Notes under the pieces: generated by a model
Told to the model about the DNA's origin: nothing
What the model saw: only the letters and a program-made list of their open reading frames with translations
Databases searched by the model: none
Translations under genes and position numbers: made by a program
DNA from: Polyangiaceae bacterium
Lineage (GTDB): Bacteria > Myxococcota_A > Polyangia > Polyangiales > Polyangiaceae
Assembly: GCA_036503835.1 (NCBI GenBank)
Contig: DASXWF010000331.1
Span: 251 to 64,250 of the forward strand
Reading direction: 5' to 3'
DNA: 64,000 nt
Shown here: positions 19,412 through 29,594 of the stretch, piece after piece
How positions within the stretch are numbered: position 1 is the stretch's first letter
Layout: the number at the start of each line of letters is the position of its first letter

Positions 19412-19844
19412 ACCAGAAGGACTCGGAACGTTTGCCCTGGGCCTCGTGGCCGCCGGCATGTGGGGATTCTCAGAAGATGAGGACACCACCGAGGCTGAGG
19501 GTGTCCGCTACATCGACCCGCTCACACGCGACTACGCGGTCAGTGGCGATGAGATCCTCAAGACGACGCCGACCAGGCAACGGGTCATGAATCTGCTGCA
19601 AAATGCCTTCGGTTCTTCGATGTCGATGCGCGGAATCAAGATGCCCCAAGTTCACGGGCCGCAAACCGGCAAGCACATGGATGGCGAAGTGCGCGCTGTG
19701 CTGAAGCCACTGGTCGACGAGGGAACCATCACGGTGGATCGCGTCGACTCGACCACGATGTTGCAAGGTGTGCCGGGTCGCTTGGGCGTATCGGTTGAGT
19801 ACACGGAAACGCTCACGGGCGAGCGACGGACGGTGGAAGTCTGA
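19404..19844 (+). CDS. Baseplate wedge/sheath initiator (gp25/Mu gp46-like)
   Basis: YIDPLTRDY, VLKPLVDEG pattern; precedes baseplate J. Confidence 0.7.
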   Translation: MPEPEGLGTFALGLVAAGMWGFSEDEDTTEAEGVRYIDPLTRDYAVSGDEILKTTPTRQRVMNLLQNAFGSSMSMRGIKMPQVHGPQTGKHMDGEVRAVLKPLVDEGTITVDRVDSTTMLQGVPGRLGVSVEYTETLTGERRTVEV

Positions 19845-21340
19845 TGGCTGAGGTTGCAGGCGCGCGCAGCATGGCGGAAATCCGCGACGACATCCTCACG
19901 GACATCGTCCTGGAGTCCGCCAAGGCCGGGCTCGAGCCCAACGTAGGTCCAGGCTCTGACGAATATATCCTGGCGACCGGTGTGGCCGGCGCCTGCATGA
20001 TGCTTCACGCCCGCATCGACGGAACCAAGTCCGCTTGCACGCCCATCACGGCGGTCGGCGAAGACCTGGTGCGCCACAAGGAAGCCCTCAAGGTCCCTGA
20101 CGCGCCGCCGTCACGGGCCGCTGGCAAGATCCGCCTCACCATCACAGGGACAGCAACCATTCCCGACGGTCAGCCGGGGACGCTGCCGAACGGCTGGCGC
20201 GGCGCGGTTGTTGGCACCTGGGTCAGCGTCGTCAATGGCGACGAAGTGGACTTCCGAGTCGACCAAGCTGGAAGCCAAGGCAACGCGCGCGCTGGCACCG
20301 TTGTCACGCTGCTCGGCGCTCCAACGAACGTGAGCCAGGAGGCGAGCGTTTCAGCATTCGAGCCCATCACAGGCGGCTTCGATGAGGAGACCGAGGGGCG
20401 CCTGCGCGAGCGAGTCCTGAACGCCGAGGCCAACACCGGCGGCGGGAGCTGGGTCCAGCTTCGGCAGATTGCTCTCGACACCTCCCCGGCGGCCCAGCAG
20501 GTCTTCGTTTTCCCGACCATGGGCGGGCCCGGGCAGCAAAAGGTTGTCGTGCTCAAGCGCTTCGATCGAGATGCGCTCAGTTTCTCCCGCGCCTTCCCGA
20601 GCTCGACCCTGGATGTCATTCGAGCAGCGATCCACGCCGATGTTTCGACCGGCGTCACGACCAAGGTTCAGGCGTCTGCCGACTCGGCGACGGATGTAAC
20701 GCTGACGGTGGCGCTTCCGGAAAGCTCGCTCGCTGGCGGGTCGGGGGAAGGCTGGCTCGATGTTGCTCCCTGGCCGCTGCTAACGGGAGCTGAGACGCGG
20801 TGCCCGGTCGTTTCGGTTGGACCTACAGGCATTGTCACACTGGATGCTGACACGGCTGTCTCTCCAATCCCTGGGCAGACAAGGGTGGCCTGGTGGAGCC
20901 CCCGCGACATGAGATTTCACGTCCGAACGGTCATCACGGTTGGCGGCGCCACAACGGCATGGGCTCTCACGCCGGACACGCCCTGGATTGACGAGACCGG
21001 TCAGGGGCCGGTCGCGGGTCACTACATGTGCCCAGCCGCGGCGAACATGGATGCCTATTCGGAGACGTGGGTCAGCCTGTTCGAGAGCCTCGGATGCGGC
21101 GAGAACACCGCCGACTCGCAGCTCACCTTCAACGGGCGAGGACTTCGCCACCCGTTCATCTCGGACACCCAGAAGCCCAGCCTCACGAGCACCTTCCTGA
21201 AGGAGCTACAGGGGGCCCATGCCGAGATCGAAGACGTGGCTTTCAAGTACCGGTCGCAAACGACGCCGGCCGTTCCAGGCGCCATTGCTGACCCGCCGAA
21301 TGTCTTGGTCCCTCGCCACTTCGCCATCTACCCCGCATGA
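19844..21340 (+). CDS. Baseplate J-like protein
   Basis: GPGSD, AGSQGN, ITGGFDEETEGRLRERV, FVFPTMGGPG. Confidence 0.9.
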   Translation: MAEVAGARSMAEIRDDILTDIVLESAKAGLEPNVGPGSDEYILATGVAGACMMLHARIDGTKSACTPITAVGEDLVRHKEALKVPDAPPSRAAGKIRLTITGTATIPDGQPGTLPNGWRGAVVGTWVSVVNGDEVDFRVDQAGSQGNARAGTVVTLLGAPTNVSQEASVSAFEPITGGFDEETEGRLRERVLNAEANTGGGSWVQLRQIALDTSPAAQQVFVFPTMGGPGQQKVVVLKRFDRDALSFSRAFPSSTLDVIRAAIHADVSTGVTTKVQASADSATDVTLTVALPESSLAGGSGEGWLDVAPWPLLTGAETRCPVVSVGPTGIVTLDADTAVSPIPGQTRVAWWSPRDMRFHVRTVITVGGATTAWALTPDTPWIDETGQGPVAGHYMCPAAANMDAYSETWVSLFESLGCGENTADSQLTFNGRGLRHPFISDTQKPSLTSTFLKELQGAHAEIEDVAFKYRSQTTPAVPGAIADPPNVLVPRHFAIYPA

Positions 21341-21879
21341 CGACACCGACCGGCGATCCAGCATGGGCGCGCACCTCCGACGCCTCCACGTACGGCGGGC
21401 ATCCCGACAAGCGCAACTATGCCTCCCAGGATTCCGTCAATCCGAAGACGGACGTTTCTGCGCAGGAGTTCATTCGGCTCTGCGCTGACGTGGCGGCGCT
21501 CGCTCGCGTGGCGCCGTTCGCGGTTATCACGCTGACGTGCAACGACACAACGCCCGCGGCGCCGACCATCAACAGTGTCCGCCAGATGACCGGCATCTCC
21601 ACCAATGGCTACGCCGGGAACGCGGCGCCTGTTGGGTTTCCGGCCGGCGCACGAGTGGGCGACGGCTCCGTCACGCTGACGTGGCCTGAAGAACAAGTCG
21701 ACGACTACGGCGTACCCTACGACCTGGACACCGCGCACGCGATCGCCTCCGTCGTGGGGGAGGCGGGCTATGGTCACGTATCCATCACCAGGGTCAACGG
21801 CTACACCTGGACGCTAGCCGCGATCGACGACGCTGGAGCCGCGATCGACGACGCGCAGATCACGCTGGAGATCCTCTAG
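21337..21879 (+). CDS. Baseplate/tail structural protein
   Basis: Coupled ORF in baseplate cluster. Confidence 0.55.
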   Translation: MTTPTGDPAWARTSDASTYGGHPDKRNYASQDSVNPKTDVSAQEFIRLCADVAALARVAPFAVITLTCNDTTPAAPTINSVRQMTGISTNGYAGNAAPVGFPAGARVGDGSVTLTWPEEQVDDYGVPYDLDTAHAIASVVGEAGYGHVSITRVNGYTWTLAAIDDAGAAIDDAQITLEIL

Positions 21880-21881
21880 TC

Positions 21882-22988
21882 GTGTTCGGCGGATTTGCGC
21901 CGCTGCCGATTCGCCTGGGCGGCACGCTACAGGAAGGCTGGTCAGCATCTCAGATGCTCCGCATGGCGGGAGACGTGGCGGCGACTGGGCGCACTCTCCC
22001 GTTTGCCTGGGTGACCGTGACTCGCGGAACCGGTGGAGCCGCGCCGGTCGTCACTCGCGCGTCGTGCCGGGCTCCAACGGCGACCATCACGGTCACGGGC
22101 AATCACCCGGACCCGGTCGCCATTGCCTTCGAGGCAGCGCCAGAGGACGAGTCAGAGCAGCCCTGGACACTCAGTCTGAAGAGCGCCCGGGCGAGCCGTC
22201 ACAATTCGACCGACCCAGTCCTGGTTGCACTGAGTGGCCCACAGGCGGTCACCGTGGACTCGGTGGGCAGCGGTGGTCTGGACTTCACGGTGGCTGTCTA
22301 CGGGTCCTGGAATCAGCACCGGCCGGAGGACTTCGGGGGCACACCGAACAAGCGGGACACCCGAACTGAGGTCACGCCCTACGCGTGGAACTGGTATCGG
22401 GATGTCGGCGCCACTTTGGGCAGCTCCTTCGGCACGCAGCAGTCGGGCCTGCTCCACTCGAGGAAAGTCGCTATCGCCCGCGCTTTAGCCGGCGCGGAGC
22501 GAGCGGAAGAGCGGGTCCGCTGTAGCTCGACCCCGGACACGGCCACCATCACCCTGAGCGACTGGGCCACGGCTCTTCAGGTGCCCCACTCGGACGCCGA
22601 GCCTGACTGGCTGGTCCGCCAGAGGTGCTCTGTGCTCTATGCCGCGCACAACGGCGGCAGTCTCGCGAACCTCTCGGACGCTGTGAGCGACCTGCTCGGC
22701 TCACGATTCGTTTCCGTCGTCAGCGTGGACATCGATGACGCTCCCGGCGTTTGGCCACTCGCGTGGGACCTCGGCGGCGGAGTCTGGTGCGAGTCGAGGC
22801 GAAAGATCCTGGTGGACGTTCGTCACCCTGGCGACGCCAACGATCCCAACTTTTCGAGCCTCATCAATCTTCAGCTCATCAAACTGCTCGATCGGATGAC
22901 GCCGGCTACCGTCTATTTCGACTGGACCACCACAGAAACCAGCGGTTTCTACCTCGACATCTCGCTCCTCGACTTCACTGGCCTCTGA
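21882..22988 (+). CDS. Baseplate wedge protein with YmfQ/Mu gp48-like C-terminal domain
   Basis: PDTATITLSDWATAL, LLDRMTPA, GFYLDISLLD. Confidence 0.7.
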   Translation: MFGGFAPLPIRLGGTLQEGWSASQMLRMAGDVAATGRTLPFAWVTVTRGTGGAAPVVTRASCRAPTATITVTGNHPDPVAIAFEAAPEDESEQPWTLSLKSARASRHNSTDPVLVALSGPQAVTVDSVGSGGLDFTVAVYGSWNQHRPEDFGGTPNKRDTRTEVTPYAWNWYRDVGATLGSSFGTQQSGLLHSRKVAIARALAGAERAEERVRCSSTPDTATITLSDWATALQVPHSDAEPDWLVRQRCSVLYAAHNGGSLANLSDAVSDLLGSRFVSVVSVDIDDAPGVWPLAWDLGGGVWCESRRKILVDVRHPGDANDPNFSSLINLQLIKLLDRMTPATVYFDWTTTETSGFYLDISLLDFTGL

Positions 22989-22991
22989 CGC

Positions 22992-24080
22992 ATGGCAACG
23001 CTCGTCCCCGCGCCCGAATACCCGATCCCCGGCCAGGACGTGGCGATTAGTTTCACTGGCCTCGATGCTGACACGAACCAACTCCAGGTCAACGCGACCA
23101 TGGCGCCGATCGGATCGGAGCTGCGCAAGCGCATTGACGCGGCGCGCGGAGAGGTGGTCGACGTCTACTCGGGGAGCACGACTGACCCCTGGCGCTTCAA
23201 ACCCGACAAGGGCGGCGTCTACACGTTCGAACTCCTGGAGTTTCAGGTGCAGCCATCCTCCGGGGCGCTCTTTGCTGGCGACCCTGCTGGAGCGCCGCGG
23301 CCGGCGCTCCAAGCCAAGACCACTGTCCTGCTCTACGTGGGCGAACGGTTGAGCCTGAAGATGGGCGAGGCGCCGAACCAGCTCGATCTCGTGGTGTTCG
23401 TTTGGAACAACACCGTTCGGGCCACGTCGGTACCCGTGCACGGCGTAGCGACGCCCGCGTTGGAGAATCCAACGAGCCCAGCGGCGGCGAGCGCGAAGTA
23501 TGATGCGACGCTACTGCTTCTCGTCGAGGCTATGGGCGGCACCACAACTTCATCGATCCTAGGAACCTTCGCCACCGACTTTGCCAACTTGAAGACGTCC
23601 TGGAACGCGCACCTTGCTGACGCAACGGCCCACAACAACGCCGACACCCTGCGCACCATCGGGTCCGGCTGGAGTGCTGCAACCACCAAAGGCGCACCAG
23701 CTGCCATCAACGAACTCCGAAGGCTCATGGTGGCCCATATGGGATCCCTGACGATTCCAGCCGCCAACCCCGTGGACCCTCCGGTACCCATCCACGATGC
23801 CATCGACGGGACGACGGTCTTTCAATCGGCCGGCTGCCAGGAGGGCCGTGCCTCGCAATACTTTGCGCTGGCTGATGCGGTCGTTCGACTGGCCGAACAT
23901 AAGGCCATCGGCGCCCCGGTCCACAACTCGGCCGACGCTGCGGCGGCGCCAACCATTGGCCCACTCACCACCATCATGGCGCGCTACATCACAGCACTTC
24001 GGCTCACGAGCCCAACGCTGCCACCTGCGCGCAATCCCGGCGCAGCAACCCTTGAGCAGTTCGGAGGTTTTTCGGCATGA
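22992..24080 (+). CDS. Tail-associated protein with PKD-like N-terminus and His-containing repeats
   Basis: FKPDKGGVYTFEL; three H-x(n)-H-xxx-D helical repeats. Confidence 0.6.
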   Translation: MATLVPAPEYPIPGQDVAISFTGLDADTNQLQVNATMAPIGSELRKRIDAARGEVVDVYSGSTTDPWRFKPDKGGVYTFELLEFQVQPSSGALFAGDPAGAPRPALQAKTTVLLYVGERLSLKMGEAPNQLDLVVFVWNNTVRATSVPVHGVATPALENPTSPAAASAKYDATLLLLVEAMGGTTTSSILGTFATDFANLKTSWNAHLADATAHNNADTLRTIGSGWSAATTKGAPAAINELRRLMVAHMGSLTIPAANPVDPPVPIHDAIDGTTVFQSAGCQEGRASQYFALADAVVRLAEHKAIGAPVHNSADAAAAPTIGPLTTIMARYITALRLTSPTLPPARNPGAATLEQFGGFSA

Positions 24081-24778
24081 CGTTCGCTCCATTCAAAGCC
24101 GGTTCGTACATCGAAGGCGAGCGACTGCTCAGTGCGCAGGTCAATCAGCTCAACACCGACATTCCGTTTGCGCTCGACGGCCGCTCGGGCGGAGAGTTCA
24201 CACCATCGGCTGCCATCGAGGTACGCGGCGACTCGGCCCTTAAAGTCGACGCGCCGGTCGAAAGCGATGATGTCGCCACGAAGGAGTACGTCGACGACGC
24301 GATCGCAGATGTACAAACTCTGGTGCGGGCCTGGGTCACGCTGGACAACGTCACCAAGTCCATCGGCGCACCTTTCGGGGTAGCCCTCGTTTCCAGCTAC
24401 CCGTCGGGCGCTTGGACGGTCATCGACGGACTGGGCATTCAGGTGCCAGAGCCGGGAATGTATGAGGTGGCCCTGGTCAGCACCATGCAGCACGAGGTCA
24501 GCGAGGGCGCCTTCGTCCAAGCGGCGTTCGGATACGGGTCTTCAATGGTCGGCAGCTTCACGGTCATCGGTTTCGCCAGTGGCTACAGCTACGACGCGAC
24601 CAACGCCATCCCGGCACGAGTGGTCGGCAGCGTTCCGCATATCCCGGTGACCGTCCCGGCTACCACACGGTTCGTTCTTCTGCCGGCATCCGCAGGAGAC
24701 ATGACTCCAGTTCTGGAAACGGAACAGCCTGGTCAGTTGCACCAATTCGTCATCACCAAGATCGGTGAGTTGCCCTAG
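24077..24778 (+). CDS. Short tail fibre protein
   Basis: GERLLSAQVNQLN attachment segment, DVATKEYVD repeat, TNF/C1q-like C-terminus (VPEPGMYEV). Confidence 0.7.
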   Translation: MTFAPFKAGSYIEGERLLSAQVNQLNTDIPFALDGRSGGEFTPSAAIEVRGDSALKVDAPVESDDVATKEYVDDAIADVQTLVRAWVTLDNVTKSIGAPFGVALVSSYPSGAWTVIDGLGIQVPEPGMYEVALVSTMQHEVSEGAFVQAAFGYGSSMVGSFTVIGFASGYSYDATNAIPARVVGSVPHIPVTVPATTRFVLLPASAGDMTPVLETEQPGQLHQFVITKIGELP

Positions 24779-25455
24779 TCGCGGATGAGTTCCCAGCGGA
24801 ACTCTGCGTCGCAGTGATTTGTTGGAGTCGATTCGCAGGTGAACGATTCGACAACGAGCCGCGCGCGCAGACTTGGATCAGCAACATCAATGCCGGAAGG
24901 CCCGCCGTCCAAGACTGTGTAATGCGGCCCGAAGTGCATCACGGGGACGGCGTCCGCATCGCCGATGCAATTCAGTTCATCGGGGCCAAGGGGGCGGTCG
25001 ACCTCCATTTCGTCGCCTGGGTAGATCGGGACCAGGGCGTGCGTGGGACAGTTGTCGTCGTTCCAGTTGATGGACGCCGATACCCACTCCTTGCTGAGGT
25101 CCGGCGACACGGCGCCGCTGTAGCCTGCCGACCAAAGCACCTCGGGCTCTGGCGCGGCGCCACCCGTCCCTGTCCCGCCTGAGGCCTCGCCACCGGTCCC
25201 CGGCGCTCCGCCCGATTCGCTCCCGCCAGTCTCAGCGCCGGAGCCGCCAGCGTTCTCCTGTCCGCCACTGGCGTCGTCTCCGCCTGAACCTGGGTCGACT
25301 CCTCCGGTCTCAGCGCCGCCCGTCGACTCCATCCCGCCAGAGGCCTCGGTGTCGCCTCCGCTGCCATCGGTCCCCCCGGCGCCGCCCGTGCCTTCGTTCG
25401 GCACGTAGGAGCCGCACCCAAGAGCCAACACGCAAACGGCTAACCAAGGTCGCAT
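24775..25455 (-). CDS. Lipoprotein with Gly-rich linker, antisense moron
   Basis: MRPWLAVCVLALGC lipobox, about 100 aa GGxGG linker, Cys-containing globular C-terminus. Confidence 0.75.
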   Translation of the reverse strand: MRPWLAVCVLALGCGSYVPNEGTGGAGGTDGSGGDTEASGGMESTGGAETGGVDPGSGGDDASGGQENAGGSGAETGGSESGGAPGTGGEASGGTGTGGAAPEPEVLWSAGYSGAVSPDLSKEWVSASINWNDDNCPTHALVPIYPGDEMEVDRPLGPDELNCIGDADAVPVMHFGPHYTVLDGGPSGIDVADPSLRARLVVESFTCESTPTNHCDAEFRWELIRD

Positions 25456-25506
25456 CCGACCCAGTCTTGGTCTGCCGAGGGCGCCCGTCAACCGACTCGC
25501 ACAACC

Positions 25507-27747
25507 ATGCCTACCCCATCAGCAGAATTCACCGTGAACGGCTCGCCCTACACGGGCATCGTAACGGTCACGCCCGGGGCGACGGTCAATTTGGCCCTTG
25601 CATCAACCTTCGGCGTTTCGACTGTCCAGTGGAGCGTCGTCGGAAACCACGGTCCTTCTGCGGTCAACCCGACGATCACGCCAGCCGGAAGCCCGAGCGG
25701 CGTCACGGCGTCATTCACGATGCCTTCGGGTGGCGCGAACCAGTCGTTTTTGATTCAGTGCCGGATCAACGCTGGTCGGGACAAGCTGAGGCGCCAGGTC
25801 CCTGGGTACTTTTTCCGGGCGCTGATTGGCACTGGCAACCTGCCGCTCTGCCTCGGCGAGAAGCTCGAGCGCCATCCGGTCTACGGGTGGCAGGGACGGG
25901 TCAACGACCCGCCTGCTGCCTCCGATGCGGACGACGTGTCATTCGTCCCCACCGACACGGCACTCACGTCCACAGATACCCAAGAGGCACTCGCTGAGCT
26001 TGGCGGACGCGCCACGATGGCGGCCCTGCGTGCGATTGCGCCGGTCAATGGCAAAAAGGCCGTCACGAACTGCTTTGCCGAGGCCGGCGACGGCGGAGGC
26101 GGCACCTGGCGCGGCGTCACGGGCGCGGCGACTTCGACCTACACCCACAACGGCGGCACGGTCATCGTTCCAAGCGGCGGGAACGGGTCGGCGGCGTGGC
26201 TGCGCGAGCGTCCCGAGCCCTACCGCCCCGAGTGGTTCGGTGGCTACACGACCGCTGGGATCCAGGCGGCCATCAATGCGGCTCAGGCGGCGTTTGAGGC
26301 CACCGGCAAGATCCAGCGCGTCATTCTTGGTCCCGGCACCTTTGACCTCGACGCCAGCGCGGAAACGACGCCCATCGAGAACGACGGCGCATCGGTCGAC
26401 AATGACAGCACGTGCATCCTTCTCTACGAGGGCGTTTCGCTCATCGGAGCCGGACGCGCACTGACGCGCCTGCGCTCGAACGATCCCGATGTAACGGTCC
26501 TCATGGCCCTGGCGCGGGATGGCGGGGAAATCTCGGGTTTTACGGTGGATGGCCAGTGGACGGACACCGGGGCCGGACACGGCATCTTCACCGTCAGCTA
26601 TGCGGGCGACACTGAGCCGCAGTTGCGGAACGTGCGCCTCAGCAACTTACGCGCTGAGAACGTCGGCTCCTACGGCATTGGGCTGCAGGCGGGCGACACT
26701 GACAACGTCACGATCGACGACATCCAGATCGAGAACATCGGCGCCGACGGCCTGGATCTGAAGTGCCGAGGCGCAACCTTCGAGGGCCCCGCGCTCTTTG
26801 TCAGCAACATCAGCGTCAAGAGCCACGGGAAGCGCGTCGTTGGAAGCGCTGGCATTGACGTACGCGGGCGCGCACGCATCAGCAGCTACTACTGCTACGA
26901 CTGCGGCACAGATACGAAGGAACAGGTCGGATTCCGCTTCCGCACCAAGAGCGCTGACGACCCCGATGCCTGGGCGCAGTTCTCGACGCTCACTGACTTC
27001 TACATCGAGTGCAACAACTTCGCAGGCGTAACGGCCCTGCAGGTCGGGTCGGCCAATTGTGCCGTCTCGGTGGGCGTTGTCCGCGGTGCTGCTGTGGAAG
27101 TTGGCGGGAACGCCGAGGGCACGCCGGATAACGTCACCCTGGCCGACGTCACGGTCATCGACGCGCCTGGTTACGGCTTCGAAGTCTCTGCCGACGTCAA
27201 CCACGTCACCTATTCTGGCTGCAAGGCCATCAACGCCACGACGGCCGGCTTCCGCAACGAGGCCAACTACACGACCTATATTGGGTGCTCTGCCCCGGGG
27301 ACGACAACACCTCACTCGACATCCAGCGGTGCGGCGCCCACGGAAAAAATCATCGGCCGCACTGGCGCCAACTGGCTAACCGAGTCCAGTGGGTCGAGCT
27401 TCGCTGAGCTGATCGCCAAGGGCGACGATACCAACGTAGACGTGCGCGTCAGCCCCAAGGGGTCCGGCTCTGTCGAAATGCGCTCCCGGGGGTCGCGTGC
27501 CCTTCGCGCCACGAACCCCGCTGGGACGCTGGTCAACTGGGTCGACGTGCACGGATCGGCCGCCTCCTCGCCTCCTGACCTGTCGGCAGTTGGCAGCGAT
27601 ACGAATATCTCTTTGCTGCTGCAACCCAAGGGCACCGGCAAAGTCCGCTTCGGGACACGCACAGCGTCGAGCGACGTGGCCATCACCGGCTACGTCGAGA
27701 TTGAAGACTCGGGCGGAACGATTCGGCGGCTCGCGGTGATTGACTGA
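25507..27747 (+). CDS. Tailspike/depolymerase with pectate-lyase-like beta-helix
   Basis: AGDGGGGTW, PEWFG, IQAAINAA, GVSLIGAG, beta-helix repeats, duplicated GxDTNxxxxxxPKGxG. Confidence 0.88.
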   Translation: MPTPSAEFTVNGSPYTGIVTVTPGATVNLALASTFGVSTVQWSVVGNHGPSAVNPTITPAGSPSGVTASFTMPSGGANQSFLIQCRINAGRDKLRRQVPGYFFRALIGTGNLPLCLGEKLERHPVYGWQGRVNDPPAASDADDVSFVPTDTALTSTDTQEALAELGGRATMAALRAIAPVNGKKAVTNCFAEAGDGGGGTWRGVTGAATSTYTHNGGTVIVPSGGNGSAAWLRERPEPYRPEWFGGYTTAGIQAAINAAQAAFEATGKIQRVILGPGTFDLDASAETTPIENDGASVDNDSTCILLYEGVSLIGAGRALTRLRSNDPDVTVLMALARDGGEISGFTVDGQWTDTGAGHGIFTVSYAGDTEPQLRNVRLSNLRAENVGSYGIGLQAGDTDNVTIDDIQIENIGADGLDLKCRGATFEGPALFVSNISVKSHGKRVVGSAGIDVRGRARISSYYCYDCGTDTKEQVGFRFRTKSADDPDAWAQFSTLTDFYIECNNFAGVTALQVGSANCAVSVGVVRGAAVEVGGNAEGTPDNVTLADVTVIDAPGYGFEVSADVNHVTYSGCKAINATTAGFRNEANYTTYIGCSAPGTTTPHSTSSGAAPTEKIIGRTGANWLTESSGSSFAELIAKGDDTNVDVRVSPKGSGSVEMRSRGSRALRATNPAGTLVNWVDVHGSAASSPPDLSAVGSDTNISLLLQPKGTGKVRFGTRTASSDVAITGYVEIEDSGGTIRRLAVID

Positions 27748-27882
27748 TGCTCGCCCTCCGTCTCCTCCTGGCCTGGCTCGCCCGCCTTACCCCTCTCGAT
27801 GGCGACGGTGAATCTGAGCCCTACGACACGCACCGCACGGTGGATGACTGATGTCTTCCCGTTGCCGCACGAAAAAATCCCC

Positions 27883-28335
27883 ATGAAACTCATCCAATCC
27901 CCTCTCCGCTACGCCTCGGTGTGGCTCCTCGGCCTGGCTGCCACCATCGCTGGGCTCGAGCCGTTCCTCCCTGAGCTGGCCAAGGTGCTGCCCGAGCACT
28001 GGTACGGCTACGCCTCGGTCCTGATTCTCGTTGCCCGCGTGATCCAACAGGGTCCGCCCAAACCTCCGGACGGAGGCACGTCAGCCGGCGCCGTGGCCCT
28101 TCTCCTGGCGTGCCTCCTGTCCGTTCCTAATGTGGCTTGCACCAAGCAGGAGGTGGCCAAGACGGTCGACCAGATCGCTTGTGCCGCCAAGGTCGAAGCC
28201 CGCGAGACGCTCATGCTCTATGCGGCGGGCTGCATCGACCTCGAATACCAGCCGACCGGCAAGTGCTCGGACGACCAGATCGACACCATCATGACGCCGT
28301 TCGACGTCGAGGGGGAAGCATGCTTTCAGAACTGA
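27883..28335 (+). CDS. Holin-like membrane protein with lipoprotein-like C-terminal extension
   Basis: Two TM segments (SVWLLGLAA; ILVARVIQQ), then a third hydrophobic stretch ending VAC and a Cys-rich tail. Confidence 0.55.
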   Translation: MKLIQSPLRYASVWLLGLAATIAGLEPFLPELAKVLPEHWYGYASVLILVARVIQQGPPKPPDGGTSAGAVALLLACLLSVPNVACTKQEVAKTVDQIACAAKVEARETLMLYAAGCIDLEYQPTGKCSDDQIDTIMTPFDVEGEACFQN

Positions 28336-28457
28336 TTCCGGAGATCGTAGGCGGCGTGGTTCTGCTGCTTTCTGGCGGCGTCGGAGCCGTGAAGCTTCAA
28401 GCGTATCGCAAGGCGCGGGCTGCGAAGCGGGCGGCGCTGAAGTCGGGCAACCATTAA
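28320..28457 (+). CDS. Small single-TM lysis-region peptide
   Basis: 45 aa, TM followed by basic tail. Confidence 0.5.
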   Translation: MLSELIPEIVGGVVLLLSGGVGAVKLQAYRKARAAKRAALKSGNH

Positions 28458-28476
28458 GCCCGGCTGAATAGTTCGA

Positions 28477-28566
28477 ATGACCAACGAACGCGCCCTCATC
28501 GTGGCCTTCGCGCTGCTCGCTGCGCTTTGGCTCGCGTCGAGGTTGGCGGGCGGGAACAAGCAATGA
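28477..28566 (+). CDS. 29-aa TM peptide
   Basis: MTNERALIVAFALLAALWLASRLAGGNKQ; ATGA-coupled to the next gene. Confidence 0.4.
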   Translation: MTNERALIVAFALLAALWLASRLAGGNKQ

Positions 28567-28745
28567 CCATCGGCAAGTGCTCCGGCATCCACACGCGCAT
28601 CGTCGAGCGCTGCGAATACGAGTGCGTCGAGTGTGGCCAGCGTCTCACGTCCGAGAGCGGGCCGAAGCCTCTCTACTGCATCGGGTGCGCTGAGGAGATG
28701 GGGAGCTGTGCCCTGTGTGGGCGGGAGCTGGAAGTCGATGAGTAA
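28563..28745 (+). CDS. Small Cys-rich zinc-finger protein
   Basis: Three CxxC pairs. Confidence 0.55.
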   Translation: MTIGKCSGIHTRIVERCEYECVECGQRLTSESGPKPLYCIGCAEEMGSCALCGRELEVDE

Positions 28746-29286
28746 CCTGAGGCCCTTCCCTGTTTTCCCTGACCACGTTTTCGGCTCACGCAGCCGCGGC
28801 AACCTCGTTGGCGTCATGCCGTCGCTGGTCAAGGTGGCCGAGCTGGCCATCCTGCTCTGCCCCTTCGACGGGACCATCATCGATGGTGGCGGGCTCAGAA
28901 CGCAGGCCCAGGCCGAAACCAATGCGGCCGCCGGCACTGGCATCGCGAACTCCCGTCACCTTCGCCAGTCCGACGGCTGGGGCCATGCCATCGACCTCAT
29001 TGCTCTGACCAAGGGCAAGATCGACTGGAACAACCTGCCGGCGTTCAAATCGATGGCGCACGCGGTGAAGATCGCCAGCGCCATGCTCGTCACGCCCATC
29101 AGGCAGGGCTGCGACTGGAACATGAACGGCATCATGGGCGAGGCGGGAACGAAGGAGTGGGACTGGCCGCACTTCGAGGACCCGCTGCCCCATCTGCTCA
29201 AGAAAGCCGAATCCGAGATGCTGCGCTTCCGCGAAGAACTCTCGCGCGAAGGCTGGGATCTGACGCCTCCGAACCTTGCTGCCTGA
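28738..29286 (+). CDS. Endolysin, M15 family L-Ala-D-Glu peptidase (T5-like)
   Basis: FGSRSRGNL, GLRT, SRHL, GHAIDL, DWPHFE Zn-peptidase motifs. Confidence 0.9.
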   Translation: MSNLRPFPVFPDHVFGSRSRGNLVGVMPSLVKVAELAILLCPFDGTIIDGGGLRTQAQAETNAAAGTGIANSRHLRQSDGWGHAIDLIALTKGKIDWNNLPAFKSMAHAVKIASAMLVTPIRQGCDWNMNGIMGEAGTKEWDWPHFEDPLPHLLKKAESEMLRFREELSREGWDLTPPNLAA

Positions 29287-29293
29287 AAGACGC

Positions 29294-29590
29294 ATGAGCG
29301 ACCAAGACAACACGCGAGACACCGACATCCTCCCTCCCCGCGACGAGCGCGACACCCTGCCACCCGGAGAAATGGAGGACCCGGCCACGCTGCTCGCGTC
29401 GGTGGCCATCCAACTCGATGGCGTAAGCCGAGCGCTTGCCGGCATCGCACGGGACCTTGCGCTGGTGATGGGACAGAGCAAGAGCCACGGGAAGACACTG
29501 GGCGTCCACGACGATCGCCTGGCTGCCCTGGAGGCCGACATGATGGAGCTCAAGCGGACCGTCGGCGATCTCGTGGGCGACGGGCGGTAA
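29294..29590 (+). CDS. Coiled-coil hypothetical protein
   Basis: Heptad pattern; lysis region. Confidence 0.55.
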   Translation: MSDQDNTRDTDILPPRDERDTLPPGEMEDPATLLASVAIQLDGVSRALAGIARDLALVMGQSKSHGKTLGVHDDRLAALEADMMELKRTVGDLVGDGR

Positions 29591-29594
29591 CGAA

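Noticed and set aside
10218-22988. Tailocin/eCIS or transposable Mu-like phage
   Set aside because: Head and packaging genes are present; a tyrosine integrase and initiator/loader replace MuA/MuB
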